NCBI RefSeq assembly: GCF_009914755.1 | Contig: NC_060937.1 | DNA length: 64,000 bases | Direction: 5' to 3' (one strand) | Source: the human T2T-CHM13v2.0 reference genome, Homo sapiens | In this document: positions 1 to 14,590 of the stretch, in pieces | Layout: each line of letters begins with the position of its first letter | Numbering within the stretch: the stretch's first letter is position 1 | The notes under the pieces: generated by a model | Told to the model about the DNA's origin: nothing | Seen by the model: the letters and a program-made list of their open reading frames with translations, nothing else | The model's database searches: none | Program-made: the position numbers and the translations under genes

Positions 1-3000
1 ATTCTATTGATGGAATGAAAAGAATTTCATAATTGTGTTGAGATACACTGGTACAGTGCGGTGATATGAAATTTAGGAACTTTATGATTTATGAAGCTCA
101 CATTAAAGCTAAAGTTAAGATTTAAGTATCAAAGCATTTTGTGTGGGTCAAAGGGCCTAAAATGTTAAGGTTAATGCCTGTAGGTTCTCCTTAGGCATAG
201 GAGTACTTTTACTGAGTATGGATGCTAAGCATTCATATAAGCTGATACAGAAACAGTGATGTTTGTGAGAAGAGATTTGATTTCAGGTGTTTTTCAAGTT
301 CCTCAGAAAAATTAAAGTATAAAGTGTTTAAACAATAGATTAGCAACTAAATACCCACAATAGTGTGAATCATAATAAAACACAGTTATAATTAAATATT
401 TAAGTCTTTTTAAACATATAAAACTGATTTTGAAGAATAGGAGCACAGGTTTTGTAGTACATAAGGCAAATAGATTGTTATACAAATTTATAAGAGCACT
501 TTTTATAGGAGCAATATTCCTGTGAATTATTTTATGTGTTAATATGAAATCTAAAGTCAAGTAAAGAGTTTATTACTAGTTCTCAAGAATAACTGCTTAT
601 CGTGATTTATCAAGAATTAAGTGCTAAGTCTCAGGGTGACTTCTCAACAGGTGTTTTCAATGAAGGCCTTGTAGGAAAGAGAGGAGGAGGCTGGGGACTT
701 CTCACTGATGGGAGACTTCCCAGTTTTGTTTGAACATCTGTGTTTTCACATTTTTTGTAGCACTACTACAAATCATTTTAATATGCTCTCATAGAAGGAA
801 ATATATTGAGCCAGCAGAATAAGATCTACTAAAATAAATTTTGAAAAGGAATACATTCTTACTCAGTGTTTTACAAATCAATTTCAAACGATTCACATTT
901 GGGTTGACTTTAGAGTCTTTATGCTAGGAAGATAAAATCCTTTTGATAGATGTACATGGCCTTTTCAATAACAGGGAATTAAGCATATGGTAAATACCTA
1001 GAGCCAATCCAAATATATAAAAATGATATTGAAGTGTAGAGGACTAACGTATCATAGTGTAAACAATAAACTCAATATTGCAGAGTAAAAAGGTGAAAGG
1101 AGACTCCATCTTTAATAGCAACATTACCCGCTGTATGCCTTTATTCCCACTTTGCTCTAGTACAGGAAGATCTTCACTATGGGGACTTATTCAGATAAGT
1201 TCCCAAGATCATGATCTTCAAAATTTCATACTCTAGCCTATTAATGATTTCAGTAACAAATACAAAGTGCGTGAACAATTTATTTTGGTATTTATAATTT
1301 TGGAGATATTTTGCTATGATTTTTATTCTAAGACAGCTCTTTAATTAGTATATGCATTAGTTTCCATAAACTATATATACATCTCTACTTGTAGGCATTC
1401 TGGTATCTTGAGTAGGAAAGGAATGTCCCTTTCTTACTCTGTGCCTTCTGGATTGTTTAGTTCACTCATCCTTTTTCTTAAATATTTTGAAAAGGTAGAA
1501 TGAGTAATTCCTACTTGAGAGTACACAATAATTACATATTTCTTTTTCTGTTTTATCAGGCATTAAAAGTAGTGTAAAGTAAATAAACTTAATTTAAAAT
1601 ATAATCAGATATTCAATGTTTAGAGTTTTTTTGGAGAAGAGTTTATAACCCCTAAAAGTCCAAAAATTGTTATCATCATTATTATATTGTTACTTTTATT
1701 TTTATATGCATTTATGAAAATTTTAGCTCCAATTTTAATGTGGCATTTCTCTATTTCCCAATAAATGAAAACACAGAAAGTATAAAGCTAGAAACCAGAG
1801 AATCTTGTTTTTAATATTAACTAATATAACTCTTTGTAATGTATTAACTTCTTGATTCCATTAGCTTTTGGTTTTCGATAAAATTTTCAAAATGCAAGCT
1901 AGGTAATATTTTACCATTCTTGTATTGAGATTATAATCCTTCAGTCTTTTGAAAATGTCAGGAGTAAGATAATTTTTAATTTTACTTGAGTTGTGTGAGT
2001 TCTATAATTTCAATAAATATTACCATATGTAAGTATATGCCAAAAAATTTGGAATTTTAGTCTTGGCATCTTCATGTTATTTAAGGCTGTGTGTGATCAT
2101 GAAAAGATCGGCATAGAAAAGTATGCCCTAAAATTGTTACCTCAACTACCTGAATATACTGTTTCAGTCATGAGAAAATTTACATTACCACCTTTGACTA
2201 TATTGTTCAACATACTAAACACACAAAATCCCCCAATTTTCCAGAATGTTTTCTCCATAAAGTTGATGCTATAACATATATCATTCACTTTTTTCAAGTG
2301 CATAGATGCAGATTTTGTATATGAGGTTAAAATAATCCCAAATATCATCTCTCTTCAAAAAACTAAGAAATACACATATTTTAAGAGGAAAAAACCTTCA
2401 AAAATTTCAGGTAATATTTAATCCTGTTTAAAAATATAGCATTTATATTTTATCATGTTTCAGGACTATTCTTGGGTTTCAGGTTTCAAGTTTTTCACTG
2501 TTAGTGCTGCTTGCTGCTTATGTACTATAACACAATAGAAATGTATCTACAAATATAAAGGGCATACATTAAGAAAAAATATATTTAAGATTAATGAAAA
2601 TTCACATGCATTTATTGCAGTGAAATTTGGCTATGCCTGTATTTATGAAAATATACAAATAATTTTTTGGTAAATTTAAATATGTGTATAAATGTATATG
2701 TCTTTATATTTTCAATATAGTGTATGTAAGTACTTGCTCAAGCACAAATACTAGTCCAATTTTATACATTTTAGTTCAAAAGTATTTCTTCTCTAAGGAA
2801 CAGCTCAAGCTTTTATTTTTCTTTGAAAATATGTTGAAGCTTTATTTTACTGTTTTAAAGTTTCAAACAATTTGAAGTCCCATAAAATAGAGCTAGTGAC
2901 CCTAGAGTGGGGGGACTTAACACGTGGCCTTCAGTGGGCAATAGGTTGAAGCCTATGTAGACGAAGAGAAACAAAAATCTCACCCAAGTTCCTGATTCTT

Positions 3001-3855
3001 TTGAGAAGATGGCAGGAGAGCTGGAAGCATGTGAGAATGTATGCTGTGAGCCTGATGATGAAACAACAACAGGAGGAAGAAGAAGCCACTATAACTGGGC
3101 CCATGCCAGTTAGGAAGTAAAACTTAACTCCCTAATGCTGAGAAGTCTTGCAATACACTCAATAGTGGGTAAATTCTTACAAATGCACCCGCTAATTACA
3201 ATATTAGTCATTGCACTAGAATGTATTCCCCTCAGTGGTACTTCTGTTTAATAAATCCCATAGGGCATTATCTTAAGGTTGTATTTTAGTAAAGCCATTA
3301 GGGAGGGATTTTTTGTGTATTAAATTCCTTCAATCAATGACTGTATATTAGTTAGAGAATAGCATAAAGTTCCTTTTGCCTATCATTTTGAAGATAATGT
3401 GACTTCTGCAACCCACCTACAAAGCACTTTTAAACTTCGTCAGACCTGCATTAACCTATTGTCAACCTACTTTAGTAAAGGAGGCTTTGACAATAATTTT
3501 CTTCAATGACATACAGTATTTTATAGTTAGTCATAAGCTTTCACCACTAGCTTTGACAATGATATACTGCGATCTTTGGTCTTCTGGAATAAGTTATCTA
3601 CAATAAAGAAGTCCTTAATGACATCAACATCCCTACTGTGACTAAGCAGAAGCATGCTTTTATTTCCTTGCTACTGCAGAAATACTAAGATCAATATATT
3701 TAAGGTAAAGCAAAAAAAAAGAAAAAAAACACGCAAAAATCCCATAACAAAATATAGATGAAAAATTGTGGCTCTGTGGGTGGCATCCTTTGCTTGTATG
3801 TACCAAGTTCTTCCGGGGATAGACTATAAAATTGGTTTCAGACAGTGTTTGAGAG

Positions 3856-3861
3856 AAAAAA

Positions 3862-3914
<53 letters not shown>
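3856..3914. repeat. (A)24 followed by (TA)n microsatellite
   Basis: Directly visible. Confidence 0.95.
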
Positions 3915-3916
<2 letters not shown>

Positions 3917-6900
3917 CATACTTCTATTCATCTGTTCTGGTCCTAGTGACATTCTGATTACTGGTATTTGTAGGCCTTGCCCTGGATCTATTCCAAGCAG
4001 TTTTATTGTAGTGAAATGGTTCTTACAGTTCATTGAGCATCTAGCATAACTGTGCTGAATATGATTGGCGCGTTTGCATATATTTATTCAAAAAAATAAG
4101 GCAGTTAAACAGCATAATTACGGGAAAACGAATCATAACAATAAAAGACCATTTAAGTTAACAAGCTTTGTGATCAAAGGATAAATACAGGTTGGATAAA
4201 TGACACTTTAGATGTAACTAATCTACATAAATAGACTTTGGTCTGATTAGAGGAGTGGAATATATTAAAATAACTTAATGGTATTAGAAATTTACTTTAT
4301 TTCAGTTATCTTGAAATGTTTAACGATCTGTATTATCTTATTTTCTTTATATTTCTATTTAATATAATAGTGATACACCATATTTAAGTTGTATGAAAAA
4401 TGCCAAGGTAAAGATAAATATAATTTTGTAAACTTCTGTTTGATTCTGAAATATATGCTGTCTGAACAATATTTAACACTTTTTAAACTTTTAATGTTTT
4501 TGATTGATTTTTAATTAGTGGAACACATTAAAGGGACTATTTAAAGGACCATTTCTTGTTTACGCTCTCAGCTAAAAGCAGCCTTTGTAGGGTTTGAAAG
4601 CTAGAGCATGAAAATCAATTTGAAATTTCAAAGCTATACATTCATAATTGTTTTGTAGATATATACTCTTATAAAAAACATTGGTTACATGTTTGTAAAT
4701 TATATTGATACATAATTTAGACAATGACTTGATATTCTGAAAGATTCTGATGCTATTTTCATAGCATCTATGCTTTACAGTTACCTTACAACTTCTCTAA
4801 ACAAGTAATTTCTTTGCAACAACTATGGTATTTTAGATATATTTCATTCAGCTGTTTTTGATAATAACTTTAAAAATATAATTTAGGCACTGAGTCATGA
4901 ATTGTTACATCTCATTATCTAGGATTTCCACCTAAATACTTAACAGATGCTAAACAATGATTTGGTTTTTTGCGTGCCTAAAATTTTCATGGTCTCCAAT
5001 TCAGAAAAAAACTCAAATTAAAATATATAAATGAAATAATTAGGTTATATTTGAAATTCCAATAATTTGCTTTGATCAAATGAAAATGCAACAGGTATTT
5101 ATTGTAGGCAGAAATGGTTATGGGAGTCAAAATAGCTTTCTTATTGTTATAATACAATTTCAGACTATGCATGTCATATAAATTCTTAAATTTGAATTTG
5201 CTGTACAAACATTTGCATCAGTTTTGAACATCTAAAAGTAGTTTTCACCCTTAATCTACAACATTCTTTTAAAAATCATAGTCCCCAATACAAATGCCTT
5301 TGCTAAAATAGTTCATTTTATTTTTCACACAACATATTTTAGCAGTGTATACTGAGATTATTTTAACTGAATACTTGATATATTTTTGCTATTTTTTCAC
5401 GGCGACATAGAAATTGCATATGTATTACTGAATTTATAAAGCAATTCACCTTTGACAATCATGAAAAGAATTACCTAACCACATGTGTAAAGTGGCTGTG
5501 TGAAATTTTTACTGATGTTCTTATTTTATCAGTAGATAAAATGAAATTAAGACATTAGAATGTTTGAGAAATAATATGCTTAAAATTTTAGCAAAATATA
5601 ATAAGAAAAAAGTTATTTTAGTAATTTGGAAAAGGCAATTTGTTTAAAAGAATATTTTTCAGTTCAAACTTGAATAAGTGCTTAATGATACATTTTATAT
5701 AAATTATTAGTCATAAAAACTAAATGTTAAAAATAATTACTTCAATTTCTATAGTTCTGTCAGCAAAACAAAAACAAAACACAATATCATCTAAATATTG
5801 GTGAATTCTATTATAATAGTGTCTTCTTGGGTCCCACCAGAATTCATGCCTTCTATTTTGCTCTTGCAGTTTTGCATCTATTTTAAAATAGTATATCCCA
5901 AGTCCTTTTATTGAATTAAGAATGTGAATAAGAGCAGTTATAAGTCATACAAAAAAGATAAATCACTAGTCCGTCTTTATTATCATTTTCATTGTGGTAA
6001 TATTAAGGATTCCATACAAACTTACCTTCCCATTGTTTCACGGCAAGACACTTGATTGTTTTAATTATTATTTGAAGATTTGTGTGACCTTGTGTTATAT
6101 TAATGAATTTTTTTATTTTTGTGAGAGGTCAGTGCCTTGCCTCATATTGTAATCTTGGTTGATTAAATCAGAAATTCCTGACTTAAAGAAGTAAGCTTAT
6201 AGATATGCATTGACTGTTATTTGGCATGGTATGCATAGAATGCATTTATCATTTTAGAAAACAATACAAATGTTTTGGTGCTGTGTCATGAACCAAAGTG
6301 TAGAGTGAGATACAGGATTATTAAAAGCAGATATATCAGAAAACAGTAACTATTTTAATATCAATGCATACCTTGAAAAAATATTCATAACCTTTCACTT
6401 TTTAGTGTTGGCAGATGCACGGGTAGTAATTATTAGCTAAGTTTCCAGGTTCCAACCTTCTTAGGAAAGCTGCTGTTTATCCCTATATGGTCATAAGGAT
6501 GGAAATAAGAGAACCATCCTATTAAACAAATCCCACTCACAGGACATTTTAAGGATCCTTGGCAGAAGTCTATTCTATGGTGTGGCTCTGATATCAGATG
6601 TGCCAATACCAACAAATGAAGCACTATGCCTGAGTGGAGAGAAACTAGAAAAGACAAAGAATACATTTATAGAGACTTTTTTTTCCTTCTGATTTTGAGC
6701 AATAGACTTTCCACGATTTTTTATAATCAAGACAATTACATAGTAATTTGGGTTAGAATGCGTGCCCAGTTCCCCATCTCAAAACTCAATTTGTTACCAC
6801 CTGTGGCTATTTCTATTAAAAAAAAAGAAACATAATTACTATGAGTCTCAGCAGTCTTAGAGTAAATTTTTGCAATTACAATACCCTCCTTGGGCAGATG

Positions 6901-8702
6901 TGTGAAAATGGCAGATTAATTCTTGCCAGGATTTTTCTGTTCCTCGTGCATTTTTAGGTTTGGTGTCGCCTGCTTATTAGAGTGCCTGTTTTGCTCTGGT
7001 TAAAGGTTATGTCAGTTTTTCCGTAGTAAATCTCTAGAAATAAAGATCCACAAATTAGCCATTAAATTTTGCCTTAGGTGAAAAGTTGACATGTAATGTC
7101 TCAGGAAAGGAGCAGATAATATTTTCCATCACGCTCTTCGGTTGCCTGGTTAAGTTTGAAGTAAAAGGGAATAAGACCATTTGGCAATGTTGAGAAAGCA
7201 CGACTTAGCCTAGGAGGTAATAAGAAAAGTGTGGTAAAATAATATCTAATCCAGTAGTAGCCATGGAAGTGATCCCAAAGCTACATGTTGCCTAGGGATT
7301 TTAAAGTGCAGTAAAAAATATATTAATACTGGTGGATAACAAGAAATTTAACACCCAACTCATTTCCATTCATTTCTTTTTGTAGTTGTTGTGTGTACTC
7401 TTTTCTTAATAAAGATTTAATTGATCTACACACAAACTAATGAATGATATTAAGTCTGTAAAGTGTTAAACCTCTCGATCAGTGTTTTAACTCTCTATGA
7501 GTAAGATTAGTTATTTTTTCTCAAAGCAGTCTAGATAGTAGAATACTCGAAACCAGAAGCCGCATCCATCTTGATTGTCACTGTAGTTGAAATAATGTAG
7601 CAGTTTCTGACATGTAGTATACACTTAAAAAAATATGAATTCTTTTTGAAGAAACTGAGACTTCTATAGTTAAGTCATTTTCGACAATCACCCATCAGAT
7701 ACATGCTGGAATTTGGATTCAAATCTAGATGTGACTAAGGCTAAAGTCTAAGATATTAATATAAATATGCTAAAATGTTGATCTGCTGGTAAATAATTTA
7801 TTTGAATGTGGCATATTTTGATATTTTTAAATTTATAGTTACCACTTTTGTAATTATTGCTATGAAAATTTGTATATAATTTTATTAATAATATTACAAC
7901 TTCATGGAGAAAGACAGGTGATCAAGTTTCACAATTATGAGCATCAAGCTCTCCCAGTATTTGTTTATATTATATATAATTGTATATGGTATATATAATA
8001 TATACACACACACTTATATAAATGGTACATCAAGAGGAAATTGTGTTGATTGTAGCATATCTTTCTATCTTTTGTCCCACTCTTTGGTCTGGTTTATATG
8101 GTATTAGAGTGATGCACTTCTGATGTTATGTCTGTCTATTTTTTAAGGCTTTAAGGATTACCCAACCTCAGTCAGTTATTAAGAAACTAATATGATCATT
8201 TCGTCTATATATTAATTAATTTTTAACCTGGTTTTATTTGTGGAAATGCTCCATAAAGTATAAATATTTATTTTCTATATGATAATTTTAATGAAATGAG
8301 ATTATATCTAAACCATAAACAGTTATTTTGGGATTACATTTATTTTTATTTTTTGATATATAATTTTACAATTTAATTGCTTGGGCACAGATCATCTACC
8401 ATGTGATAATCAGAAAATAAAAATATGGTTGGAAATTATCAAGTGTATGTAATAAGCCAACTTACAACATTTTTCTCAAAATTTCAGAATCTGTCACATA
8501 TATGTGGTAATGAAATTTTTATGCAAATATTGAGTAAATGCAAGCTAAGCCTTCATATAAACAGTATGTTGTCCATTTCAGTATTGTTATTAAAAAGACA
8601 TCCACAACTTTCAGAGGTGTTTAATCTATAATTATTAATTCAATGAATAAATAATGTAATAATTTTAAAAGCTATTAATTGAAATGGTTTACTGGTTTTT
8701 CA

Positions 8703-8748
8703 TTTTTTTATTTGTGCAAATTTATGGGGTACATGTGAAGTTGTATTA
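8703..8748 (-). mobile_element. Short old L1 (L1M/L1PB-type) 3'-end fragment
   Basis: T-rich tail followed by tttatggggtacatgtg, typical of an antisense L1 3' terminus. Confidence 0.5.
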
Positions 8749-11700
8749 TTTCGTACTTTTAAGCTATACTGAGAGTTAGCTACGTTTGTCTGAATTTTAC
8801 ATTTTAAAATCCATATCAAACCATAAGGAGGTTTTACAGAATAAAAGTTTTAGGCAGAACGAGTTTTCAAACATATTAAAAATTCAATTATCCCCATTAG
8901 TCAGAGTAGCTGAAATAAAAAGTGAAGGAAAAATAGAAAGAAGCATAGAAATGTAATTTAAAAATGTTTAGAATTCATTTTCAACCTTCGTAGACAAGAG
9001 GATTTTTCTGAAAGATTAAGCTAACGGTATTAAATATCATATAAGATTATCCCATGAATAAGAAGTTCTCAATGCAGAATTTATATCCACATTTGTCTAG
9101 GCATTATACTAATAGTTCAAGTCCATCTGTTAATTCACCCTGAAATATTTGGCATTTTTGAAAATAAGACACATCAGCAATCAGTGCTACTCAACCTTGA
9201 TCCAGGGGGATGTCAAAATAAGTCTTGGTTACATGTTACTACAAGAAGCCCTGTGTGCCAGGAACAAGTTTTCTCTTAGACACCATCAACCAGAAACTGG
9301 GCTTGTAATATTCCATAATCTGTTTGTGTTTTACTCTTTCTGTGACTTTTTCTTAAACTATCGTACATGCTTTCTTTTAAAAAATACAGCTTGGACATCT
9401 GCTGGCAATGTGACTTCCAAATAATGTTGGTAAAAATCTTAACGTTTCATAAATACACCAGTTGGCAAGTACTTTTTAGTCTTTATATCAAACCTTATAA
9501 TCTAAAAACATATGTCATTTGTTTAAAAGACTTTGAAAAGTCATTTAAACATTTTAGAAGTATTATCCAAAATACATGATTGTGAGTGAAAGAAAAGGAA
9601 ATAAATTATTATTTATGTCTTATGCTGACCTGTTCTAATTCTATTATTTTTATCCTTGGCTCTGGTCTCTTTTCTGTGACATCCCAGCAGAAAATATGCT
9701 TTTCACAGGGTTACTTTAGTACCTTGTATATTTACATCTAGTGTACTTTTTAAAAATATTCAAATAAATATGTTGATAAGGCATGGTGATATTTATCACC
9801 AGATAAATGTTTAACTATATGCACATTTGGGCCTGGCCTCTGTATAGTTGACTTTACATAGTGCATATACACAGGGGTGGATTGGATTGAGCAGTATTAT
9901 GTTTCTCATTTTAAAAATGCATTTAATAGACAAGAAACTTTTGTTTATTAGCTAAAATAAAAGGCTTCTTCAATTTCCTTTAATTTAGGCTTGAGTATAT
10001 ATTTTAAGATGTAAAATGTTGATTTTCTTTTATATAAAAGCAATAAAATAAACTTCTCCACATGATTTCCTCTTGTGGTTCTTCGGGCAAGAGTGTGCTC
10101 TAATAAGATATAGTCGAGATAAAATTCTCCATCTGCTACTCCTGAAGAATAGAATGCTAATTTTTTTAACCTCTTGGTAAATCTTCTTTCCATACTTATG
10201 ACTATGCAAGTCAGCGTAAGCTAATGTATCAGTTCATCATATAAAGAAAGAAACTTTATAGTTAAACTTAGTCAACAAATTTCTTAGAATTATTTTTATT
10301 TGAAATTTTCCATTGAGTCTCAGTGAACTTAAACTTGACATTTATGTTAAATATCCATTATTTAACTAGAGAAATCAAATCGCCAAGGAGACATCTGTTA
10401 TTTAACGATATTACAGTTTGGATTTTTTTGGTTGAAAGTGTGGGATGGTGATAGAAAGGCTCTAGGAGTGAGGGAAGGAAAGGAGCTGTGGTTCAATATC
10501 CCCAGGTAGTATAAATAATTGGAAAGTGGAGATACCTTTTTAGTTGGTTAATTGTAATAAACCTATTATCTTTTTAGAGCATTAAGGTAGAATCAACATG
10601 TTGGAAAACAGATAAAAGGTGCATGAAAGCATTTGAAATTCAATCATTAGGTTTCATTGCACCCATCTACTCCCAGGAAATATAATTGGAAATTTTATTC
10701 ATTGACCTTTAGCTGCCATTTTGGACAACAGTTTCAAAGTCTGTATTTTCAAGTTGGACATTTGAAGTTAATTAGATAAGAGCCATACTCAGTGCATTTT
10801 TAAAACCCGATTATTTGTTGGAACAAAATTTGAAAAAATAAAGGCTTAATGGGCAAGTGTATATTTGACAAAGAGTCAAAATAGTTAATCTTGGATCTGC
10901 TTAAAAGCAACTAATGTTCAACTTCATTAACATTTCTGTTAACTAGAGGGACTGCTCAAGCTTTTATTGTTTTTTTATGTGCAAATTCCTACCTCACATT
11001 AATTATTTTCTGGATTCATATTACCTTAGAGTTATACTTACAACATTCAATTACACTAAAATCACGTACCATGATATAAGGGAAAAAAATTAATGAAACT
11101 ATTTAGTATTTCAGGTGGTTATCTTGAGTTTTAAAATGTTGGGCACTCCCAATTCCTTTTGCCAGTGTAAGTATAATACCATATAATCTTTCTAGGATAT
11201 TTTTATGTCTCTACTCAGAAGGATGATGTATGATAAAACTGTGTGTCTAATATAGGAAGTACATTATGTAAATTGATCAAGATTTCTTGCCAGCATTTGT
11301 GTATTGCTCTGCTTACTGAAGTTCATGTACCTTGGAAAAGAGTCATGATTAGACAGGTGTTTCTTCATCCTATGAGATCAAATTTCTGAAATATTTATAT
11401 AGTGATGAGCCAGATGTACACAGCTTAACCTTGTAATCCCATTTCACAGCTTTCCCAAATACTTGGAAACTTGTTAAGTATGAAGCTGATTATTTTGGCA
11501 GCATATCTCCATTAATAGGATTCAGATATTCCTTATTTACAAGCCAGTGCTGTTAATATAATCTACTACATTAAATCAACAAGGAAATGGAAAAAGGAGA
11601 ATCCGTCCAAGGGCAAATTGACAGGGAAGCTTTTCCTAAAGCTTTTTAATTTGTTTTTTATTGACTCCATAATATCAGAAAACACACAGCAAATGTGAAT

Positions 11701-12506
11701 AATGTACATGTTTTGGATACCATGCTACAGCCATTTTGGTGTGAAGTAGTTAGTGCTCAGATCCCTTGTACTTCTATCATAACTTTGATGTAAGCCACAT
11801 AAGACCATGCATCTCTGCTCTTTACAAATATCCCTTTCAGCATCATCTCAATGGCAAAGCTTACTGTCATTTGACATAAAATTATTTTAAATGCACTCAT
11901 CTGTTTTTTAATGAACAGAAGCAATACAGAATAATGTAATAATATGTCATGATTTTCATTATGCTCATTTATTGGTTCTGCAATAATAGGAGAGCATATT
12001 GTTATGCTTTCAGCTTGAGCTATTTATGCACTGTGCTACTGGATGCACCATTTTATATTTGTGATATTTTGTCCTCCCAAGAAAAGGGGTATCAAGATCC
12101 TTAAATCAAATTAGACTAGGGGAAGAGTTTCATACTTCGTCTTTTTTATATTAAGTATATAGCTTTTATAAATTACCTAACTCTACTTGAATAAACTTAC
12201 ACACCTTCAGAGAGAGGAATACCCTATTTTCCAAGCTGTATGTGACAACCTGATTTACATGGTTTGAAAAGAAGGAAGAGGAAAGCAGACTATCAGAAAA
12301 GAGAACAACTTTTCCTTTTTTATCTGTTGGAGAAAATTATGTCCTTTGTGTTTTATATTTACACAAAAGTGTCTAACACACCAATAAGAAGGTGACATAA
12401 CTTTTTTAGTTATGTTATAAAACAAAACATATAATTAAGTAACTTGTAAAAAAAAGAGTTTTTCAAGCCCAGATGAGATGTAAATATTTGAGATTTCTGG
12501 ACCCTT

Positions 12507-12509
<3 letters not shown>

Positions 12510-12550
<41 letters not shown>
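12510..12550. repeat. (TG)20 microsatellite
   Basis: Directly visible perfect dinucleotide run. Confidence 0.97.
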
Positions 12551-12554
<4 letters not shown>

Positions 12555-13645
12555 ACAGATACTCCAGAGATGGAGCTACTCCACTGAGACCACGTGCCTG
12601 TAGGCCTGTGTAGTTGAGATTCAGGCACGGCTGGTCTACTGCCTTTTGGATTTCAACTAGTCTATCATTGAACTGGAATCTGTAGTGACCCTCCAGGGAT
12701 GAATTGCTTACATTTGACTACAGGGCCAGTTACTCCTCTTCTGTTTGATTTTTAGCAAGTCAATAGTTTCCCTACAAAAAGATACTTTAATCCTGGGAAA
12801 AACAACAACTATTACAAACTCCTGATATTCAGATATCCATGTTTTTATATTAAAATAATTTCAAGTTGTTTTTGAATATGTTATTTGTCTTTGAGTTTAA
12901 TTTTCACTCTTCTCAAAATTATGACTATATTTTTCCCAATTTTAAGAAAAATTCTTATATATTGCAAATATTCTACTAAAATAAATATCTAAAACAGTGT
13001 CCAGTGTATAGTAAGAAGTCATTACATAATTGTGGACTGAAAATAGAGAAAGTTGAACTTATAGAGTTCAATTGCCTATAATTTACTACTCAGAGAAAAC
13101 CATTGTTAATTTTTTGTTGAGTAAATCTGCAATTCTTCCTTTCCAATTCTAAAATTCAAAAGACTCAGGCCTGAACTGATTTAACATTACTTATAATCTT
13201 TACTTATTCTACCTAGTGTGAATATCAACATTTTTCACTGCAGAGATATCGATATGTTTAATATTGAGGTGTTCCGCTAGTCCCCACTGGAATGGACAAT
13301 ACATGACATATACATCAAAATATCATTCTAAAATATGAAAGAGGATGGTCTTACAAAATGAAAAAAAGGATTGTGAACCTATATCTCTTTCTACTTCTTC
13401 ATGCCTGTGCACATGCACACAAACACACAACTATATATTTTATAAAGAGTTGTATATATACTAAACACAGCATAGTAAACTGCATTTTCCTTAAAATTGT
13501 ATAAATTTCATGAAAAATTATATACTATTTCATTTTTTCATGTCAATAATGTAGTTTCACATTATCTTAATAATGGAATTCTAGGCCAATCAATGGATAT
13601 ATTAAAATTCAGTTACTCTCTGATAGATAGGTGGTTTAATTGAGG

Positions 13646-13924
13646 TTTTTTTTTTTTTTTTTTTTTTTGAGACCGGGTCTCACTTTGTCACCCTGGCAGG
13701 AGTGCAGTGGCACGATCTCGGCTCATTGCAATCCTTTCACATCGGCCTCCCAAGTAGCTGTTACTTCAGGCATGTGCCACCAGGCCTGGCTAACTTTTAT
13801 ATTTTTTTTAGAGCTGGGGTTCTGCCAGGTTGCCCAGGCTGGTCTCAAACTCCAGGGCTCAAGCCATCCATCCGCCTCAGCCTCTCAAAGTTCTGGGATT
13901 ACAAGTGTGAACCACAATGCCTGG
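13646..13924 (-). mobile_element. Old Alu (AluJ-like), antisense, with an internal deletion
   Basis: Poly-T 13646-13668, then gagaccgggtctcactttgtcaccctggcaggagtgcagtgg...caaagttctgggattacaagtgtgaaccac. Confidence 0.92.
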
Positions 13925-13964
13925 GATTCTATTTTGAAAATTCCTGACTTAAAAATATATATAT

Positions 13965-14130
13965 TAGCTATGCAGTCCAGGGGAAGTTGCTTAATCTTTT
14001 TAAATTTTGTTTCTGATTTCTTATAAGGCATAATATTTACTATCTATAGGGCCGTTGTAAGAATTAAAGATAAAATGTAATTATTTGTATAAAGAATATG
14101 ATAAATACTAAATACATATTAACACATATT
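13965..14130 (+). mobile_element. MIR fragment
   Basis: Degenerate MIR core: gggaagttgcttaatct...ctatagggccgttgtaagaattaaagataa. Confidence 0.6.
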
Positions 14131-14285
14131 ATTATTGTTGTTAAAAGCAAATTACATAAAACATTCTGGTGCAGTTAAACTTTAGGGTACTGATTTGCAA
14201 ACATATTCTCTATAAAAACAATATTTCACTTGGCCTAAATATAAGCAGTTGCATAAGAACAGAGTTTTATTTAAGAACACTTACG

Positions 14286-14590
<305 letters not shown>

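Noticed and set aside
3768-4049. ORFs with poly-K and (IY)n
   Set aside because: Artefact of the A24(TA)n microsatellite.
13640-14026. 128-aa ORF, and similar ORFs at 22211-22655, 26270-26671, 36677-36922, 48041-48280, 62666-62893
   Set aside because: These are translations of Alu sequence (e.g. SASQSAGIT, LECSG), not genes.
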